Positions 59,591 to 64,000 of a DNA stretch of 64,000 bases are shown piece by piece (the stretch's first letter is position 1; every line of letters starts with the position of its first letter). Origin of the DNA: Planctomycetota bacterium (GTDB lineage Bacteria; Planctomycetota; UBA1135; UBA2386); NCBI GenBank assembly GCA_046290465.1, contig JBKAGP010000001.1, positions 1,472,001-1,536,000 on the forward strand. The letters run 5' to 3'. Below the pieces are notes generated by a model. That model was not told the DNA's origin. It did not search any database and saw nothing but the letters and a program-made list of their open reading frames with translations. The translations under genes were made by a program, and so were the position numbers.

Positions 59591-60610
59591 GTGAACGAGT
59601 ACGGCTACAACCCGACGCTGTTCAAGCTGTGGCGCCTGCTGACCAGCAACTTCTCGCTGGGCACGTGGTTCGGCGTGCACGTCCGGATGTACTGGGCGGC
59701 GCTGATCCTGATGCCGCTGATCTTCTTCAGCCGGCTGGCGATGCTCGGCGCCGGCTTCGCGCTGCTGCTGGGCCTGACCTACTTCGCCCTGCTGTTCCTG
59801 ATCATCTGGACGCACGAGATGGGCCACATCGCGTGCGGCTGGCTGTACCGCATCCGCACCGACAAGATCACGCTGGGCCCGCTCGGCGGACTCGCGCACA
59901 TGAACTCCGGCGCCGGTGGGCCGCGCGAGGAGCTGTGGATCGCGCTGGCCGGTCCCGCCGTGCACCTGGTCTGGCTGGTCGTGTTCCTGCCGATCGAGTG
60001 GTGGGTCCCGGGCGCGACCGGCGACACCTGGTTCGGCTGGACGATCTGGTATCTCAACGCCACCAACATCGGGTTGCTGCTGTTCAACCTGCTGCCGATC
60101 TACCCGCTGGACGGCGGTCGCGTGCTACGCGCTCTACTGGCGATGCGCGTGCATCCCAACCTCGCGACGCTGTGGGCCACCAACGTCGGCATGGTCGGCG
60201 GCGGCCTGCTGATCGCGGCAGCCCTGTTCCAGGTCGGCCCCTACGGCACCATCGCCCTGTTGATCGGCCTGACCTGCATCCTGCGTTCGCTCGACGAGAA
60301 GCGGCGCGCGCGCCACGTGCTCGTCTACCAGCACGTGATGCGTCAGGATCCGTGGGAGCAGGATCCGGACGCGTGGAAGCGCGGGGCCGCCACCAGCGGG
60401 GCCGAGCCGCGACAGCCCGGTTGGTTCGCGCGTCGCCGCGAGGCGCGCGCCAAGCAGCAGGCCCGGGCCCGAGCCGAGCACGACCGCGCACTCGACGCGC
60501 AGGTCGACGCCGTGCTCGAGCGCGTCAGCGAGGTCGGCATGAGCGGCCTGAGCGACAAGGAGAAGGCCATCCTCAAGAAGGCCAGCGACCGCCGGCGCGG
60601 CGCCGGGTAG
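59591..60610 (+). CDS. Site-2 protease (M50)
   Basis: 'HEMGH', 'IALAGP', 'FNLLPIYPLDGGR'. Confidence 0.93.
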   Translation: MNEYGYNPTLFKLWRLLTSNFSLGTWFGVHVRMYWAALILMPLIFFSRLAMLGAGFALLLGLTYFALLFLIIWTHEMGHIACGWLYRIRTDKITLGPLGGLAHMNSGAGGPREELWIALAGPAVHLVWLVVFLPIEWWVPGATGDTWFGWTIWYLNATNIGLLLFNLLPIYPLDGGRVLRALLAMRVHPNLATLWATNVGMVGGGLLIAAALFQVGPYGTIALLIGLTCILRSLDEKRRARHVLVYQHVMRQDPWEQDPDAWKRGAATSGAEPRQPGWFARRREARAKQQARARAEHDRALDAQVDAVLERVSEVGMSGLSDKEKAILKKASDRRRGAG

Positions 60611-60695
60611 GCGGACGACGGGACGGGCCGACGCGGCACGGGGCTGGGGCCTGGGAGCTGGCGCCGCGACCTTCGACGGCCGTCACGTTCGGCGA

Positions 60696-60732
60696 AAGTT
60701 GGAGGATGAACCGTGTACCGTACGGCAACTCA
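60696..60732 (-). repeat. Second copy (one arm) of the 621-700 element
   Basis: Reverse complement matches 621-657 at 36/37 nt, beginning with the stop TGA of the UxaA-like gene. Confidence 0.9.
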
Positions 60733-63363
60733 GAGGGAGATGCCGAGGGGGCCTCGGGTGAGTTGGAAGCGGACGTTGCCGGTGGCGGTGGCGTTGGGGC
60801 GGTAACGGCGGGAGAGGGTGTCGGCGATGCGGGTGGCGAGGTCGTCGTCCGGGCCGACGTCGGCGTCGATGGCGGCGCCGATCTGCAGCAGGGGCACCAT
60901 CGGGTGGGCCTGGACCGGTGCACCGTCGACGAGCGCCAGCATCGCCTCGGCGCCGGTGCCGCCGAGGCCGGTCACGGTCTCGCTGCGATCGGCGGTCGGC
61001 GCGCGCATGACGTGCAGGCCGCGGCGCTCGACCCGCTGGCCGTAGGCGAGGCTCGGGACCGGCGTCGCGGCGAACAGCGCCGTGACGAATCCGGGTTCGC
61101 GCAGCAGCGCGTCGTTGTCGGGCACCACCACCGTGCCGCCGGCGGCGACCGCCTGCGCACAGAACGCCGCGACCATCCGGGCGCGCGCCGCGTCGACGGC
61201 GCCGGACGAGAACACCGCGAGGCGCAGGTCGGCCGCGCTCGCCTGCACTGCCTCGGGCACTGGCACGCCGTCCAGCTGGGCCGAGAACCAGGCGACGATG
61301 CGCGCCCGCACCTTCTCGATGCCGCCGTCCAGCTGCACGCTGGCATAGCCGAAGCCGTCGGTCGCCTCGCCGCGCTCGCGCAGCCAGTGCTGCACGGCGT
61401 CGTTGTGGGTCTTCTCGCAGCCGTGCTCGAGCAGCACCGCGCGCTGCGTGAACGGATGGCGCAGGTGGCCCAGCAGCGTCTCGAGGTAGAGGTCGTCGGC
61501 GTTGGCCGCACCGCAGCCCTCGGTGTGCGCCAGCGCCACGAACCGCGACAGCCCGGCCCCGAGCTCGCCGCGGGCGTTGAGGTCCTGCACGACCAGTTCG
61601 GCGACCTGGCCGGAGCAGATGCTGGTCGGCATCACCAGACCGACGCGGTCGGCGACCGGCCCGTCGGCGCCGGCGAACGCGTGGTAGCGCAGCTGCAGCG
61701 GCGCGGCCGCCACGGCCGGCAGCGGCGCGCCGTCGGGCCGCGGCTCGGCGCGCAGGCCGGCGAGCCGGGAGCCGTCGTCCTGCTGCCACTCGCGCCAGAT
61801 CGAGACCTGCGCGTGCCCGGCAGCCTCGCCCTTGCTGCGCTCGCCGGACGCCACCCGCCGCACCAGCTCGAAGGTCTCGGCCCCGAGTTCGTGCATCGGC
61901 ATGCCGTCGTTGTAGCGGCCGGCGTTGACGTCCATCTCGTTGGCCAGCATCTCGAAGCGACCGGTGGTCGTGACGAACTTGAGCGTCGGCACGAACGGGA
62001 AGTTGGTGATCGAACCGTTGCCGGTGATGAACAGGATCAGGTTGCAGCCCGACGCGACCTGGCCGGCGATCGACTCGAGGTCGTTGCCCGGGCTGTCCAT
62101 GAAGTAGTAGCCGCCCTCGTGCATCGGCTGGCCGTAGTCGAGCACGTGGTCGAGCCGCACGTCGGGGTCCTTCTTGCGAGCCGCGCCGAGCGACTTCAGC
62201 GCGATGTTGTAGAGGCCGCGATAGTTGTTGCCGCCCGACGGGTTGCCCTGCGCGCTCGCGCCGTGGCGCTCGGTGCGCTCCTTGAACACGTCGATCTTGT
62301 CGAGGAAGCGCTCGGCGACCTCGCGGCTGCGCACGTTCTGCAGCACGTACGGCTCGGCCCCGATCAACTCGTCGGTCTCGGCGAGGTTGGCGGCACCGCC
62401 GTGGCGGATCAGCTCCTTGGCGACCCAGCCGGCGAGCGCGTTGCCCGACACGCCCGAGAACGCGTCGGAGCCGCCGCACTGCAGCGCCAGCCGCAGGCCC
62501 GACAGCGGCTGCTCGCTGCGCTCGCTGCTGGCGGCCTGCTGCAGCAGTTCGAAGGCTTGCGCCGCGGCCTGCGACACGGCGCGTTCGAACGAGCCGTCGA
62601 CGGTCACGAACGCGTGCGGCACCGCGTCGATCGGGTAGCCGTGTTCGCGCGCGAAGCGCTCGAGATCGCGGTTGCGGTAGCTGCCGACGCCGTGGTCGAC
62701 CACCAGCACCGCGCCGGTGTTGCCGTGCACGCACCAGCCGGCCAGCGCGCGCAGCACGAACGCGAGGTTGTGCGGCGTGCGCTCGCCGCCGCCCTCGGTG
62801 TGGGTCACCGCGGCGACCTCACAGCGCTCCGGGCCGACGCCGCCGTCGCGCCGCACCCGCTCGGCGACCGCGGTCGCCACCGCCGCGTCGTTCGAGGTCA
62901 GCCCGATCACCACCAGGAAGTTGCGCGTGCCGATGCCGCGACCACCGGGGCGTCCGTAGCCGGCGAAGGTGCCCGGGACCGCGACCGGCGCGACCTGCAC
63001 CCCCGGCTCGATGCGCGCCGTCGCCAGGTCGAAGCGGTCGAACCGGTCGGTGAAGTTGGCCTCGGCCGGCAGCGCGAAGTCGAGGTCCCGCTCGCCGAGG
63101 GCCCGCAGGATGCGCTCGTTGCACAGGTAGTCGCCCGGGGAGAGGTCGCGCGTCGCGTCGCCGAACGGCAGCCCCCACGACAGCAGCGGCTCGCCGGCTG
63201 CGATCGGCGCGAACGCGAACCGGTGGCCCTCGAGCACCGTGTGGCCGACCGCGAACGTCGCTCCGTCCCGCTCCAGCACCGTGCCCTGCTCGAGCCGACG
63301 CACGGCGATCGCGACGTTGTCTCCCGGCGCCGGCAGGCGGCTGCAATCCTCGAAACGCATCAT
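60730..63363 (-). CDS. UxaA/GarD family dehydratase, extended (SAF + duplicated catalytic region)
   Basis: 'DNVAIA...GHRFA' SAF, 'GTRN', 'LQCGGSDAFSG', 'GNPSGGN', 'KSLGA', 'FMDSPGND', 'FITGNG'. Confidence 0.9.
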   Translation of the reverse strand: MMRFEDCSRLPAPGDNVAIAVRRLEQGTVLERDGATFAVGHTVLEGHRFAFAPIAAGEPLLSWGLPFGDATRDLSPGDYLCNERILRALGERDLDFALPAEANFTDRFDRFDLATARIEPGVQVAPVAVPGTFAGYGRPGGRGIGTRNFLVVIGLTSNDAAVATAVAERVRRDGGVGPERCEVAAVTHTEGGGERTPHNLAFVLRALAGWCVHGNTGAVLVVDHGVGSYRNRDLERFAREHGYPIDAVPHAFVTVDGSFERAVSQAAAQAFELLQQAASSERSEQPLSGLRLALQCGGSDAFSGVSGNALAGWVAKELIRHGGAANLAETDELIGAEPYVLQNVRSREVAERFLDKIDVFKERTERHGASAQGNPSGGNNYRGLYNIALKSLGAARKKDPDVRLDHVLDYGQPMHEGGYYFMDSPGNDLESIAGQVASGCNLILFITGNGSITNFPFVPTLKFVTTTGRFEMLANEMDVNAGRYNDGMPMHELGAETFELVRRVASGERSKGEAAGHAQVSIWREWQQDDGSRLAGLRAEPRPDGAPLPAVAAAPLQLRYHAFAGADGPVADRVGLVMPTSICSGQVAELVVQDLNARGELGAGLSRFVALAHTEGCGAANADDLYLETLLGHLRHPFTQRAVLLEHGCEKTHNDAVQHWLRERGEATDGFGYASVQLDGGIEKVRARIVAWFSAQLDGVPVPEAVQASAADLRLAVFSSGAVDAARARMVAAFCAQAVAAGGTVVVPDNDALLREPGFVTALFAATPVPSLAYGQRVERRGLHVMRAPTADRSETVTGLGGTGAEAMLALVDGAPVQAHPMVPLLQIGAAIDADVGPDDDLATRIADTLSRRYRPNATATGNVRFQLTRGPLGISL

Positions 63364-63511
63364 CGGCGGAGAGCTTACCGCGGCCCGGCCCGCCAGACCG
63401 CACCCGCCCCGACGGCACGTGGGACACCTCTGGTGCACGGATCGAGCCCGACCGGTTGACGGCCGGACGCGTTCGCAAGAACATGCTGCGGCCCCCTCCC
63501 CGAGTGATCTC

Positions 63512-64000
63512 GTGCCCAGCCACTCGCCCCTCCCCCGTCTGCCACTCCCCCGTCTGCCACTCCCCCTTCTGGCACTCCCCCTTCTGGCACTGCGCCAGCT
63601 GGCGGTCGCCGCCCTGTCGGCGTTCGCCCTGACCGCGCAGGCCAAGGTCCACCCCGACGAACTCAAGCTCAAGCCGCAGATCGACAAGGCGATCGAACGC
63701 GGCGTGGAGTACCTCTGCAACGAGCAGCTGCGTGACGGCTCGTGGGGTCTGCACGGCGACTACATCGGCGGCCGCGGCGGCCTGGTGCTCTACACCTTGC
63801 TGCAGTGCGGCGTCAGCCGCGACCACCCGGCCGTGCAGCGCGCGGTGGCCTACCTCGAGGGCTGCGATCCCGATCGCACCTACGCCACCACCACCATGCT
63901 GCTCGCCTACGACGCGCTGCGCGACGGCAAGCGCAAGCGCCGCATCGAGCAGCTGGTCGAGAAGCTGCTGCTGTGGCAGAAGCCCGGCGGCGACTGGGGC
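63512..64000 (+). CDS. Secreted prenyltransferase/squalene-cyclase-repeat protein, truncated by window end
   Basis: Signal-like N-terminus, 'IDKAIERGVEYL..EQLRDGSW', 'WQKPGGDWG'. Confidence 0.75.
   Translation, partial: MPSHSPLPRLPLPRLPLPLLALPLLALRQLAVAALSAFALTAQAKVHPDELKLKPQIDKAIERGVEYLCNEQLRDGSWGLHGDYIGGRGGLVLYTLLQCGVSRDHPAVQRAVAYLEGCDPDRTYATTTMLLAYDALRDGKRKRRIEQLVEKLLLWQKPGGDWG

Overview
High-GC bacterial chromosomal window, probably from a Planctomycetota-like organism (inferred from the DUF1080, sulfatase, H-X9-DG, prenyltransferase-repeat and ECF-rich gene content). Housekeeping genes are a clp ATPase 3' end, uvrC, uvrB, hslU, pckA, a YigZ-family gene and tRNA-Arg(ACG). The window also has two ECF sigma modules, a BlaI/BlaR1-like pair with a tandem operator, a stand-alone formyltransferase/NRPS/luciferase-like monooxygenase gene, carbohydrate and sulfate catabolic genes, and many secreted hypothetical proteins. 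The main hidden signal is two genes that the ORF track breaks at in-frame TGA codons. One is 18170-18529 (one TGA, C-terminal zinc ribbon). The other is 43877-44470 (signal peptide plus two heavy-metal-associated-like repeats, each with TGA at the metal-binding Cys position). All three TGAs are followed 20-27 nt later by a hairpin with a GU-containing loop, as expected of bacterial SECIS elements, so both are candidate selenoproteins. No sel machinery genes lie in this window. Other observations are a dispersed palindromic element abutting stop codons, a tRNA trailer complementary to the tRNA 3' end, a duplicated UxaA with complementary motif loss, an orphan HslU with altered motifs, and a widespread leaderless-promoter signature. 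All family assignments come from motif recognition by eye, not database searches.
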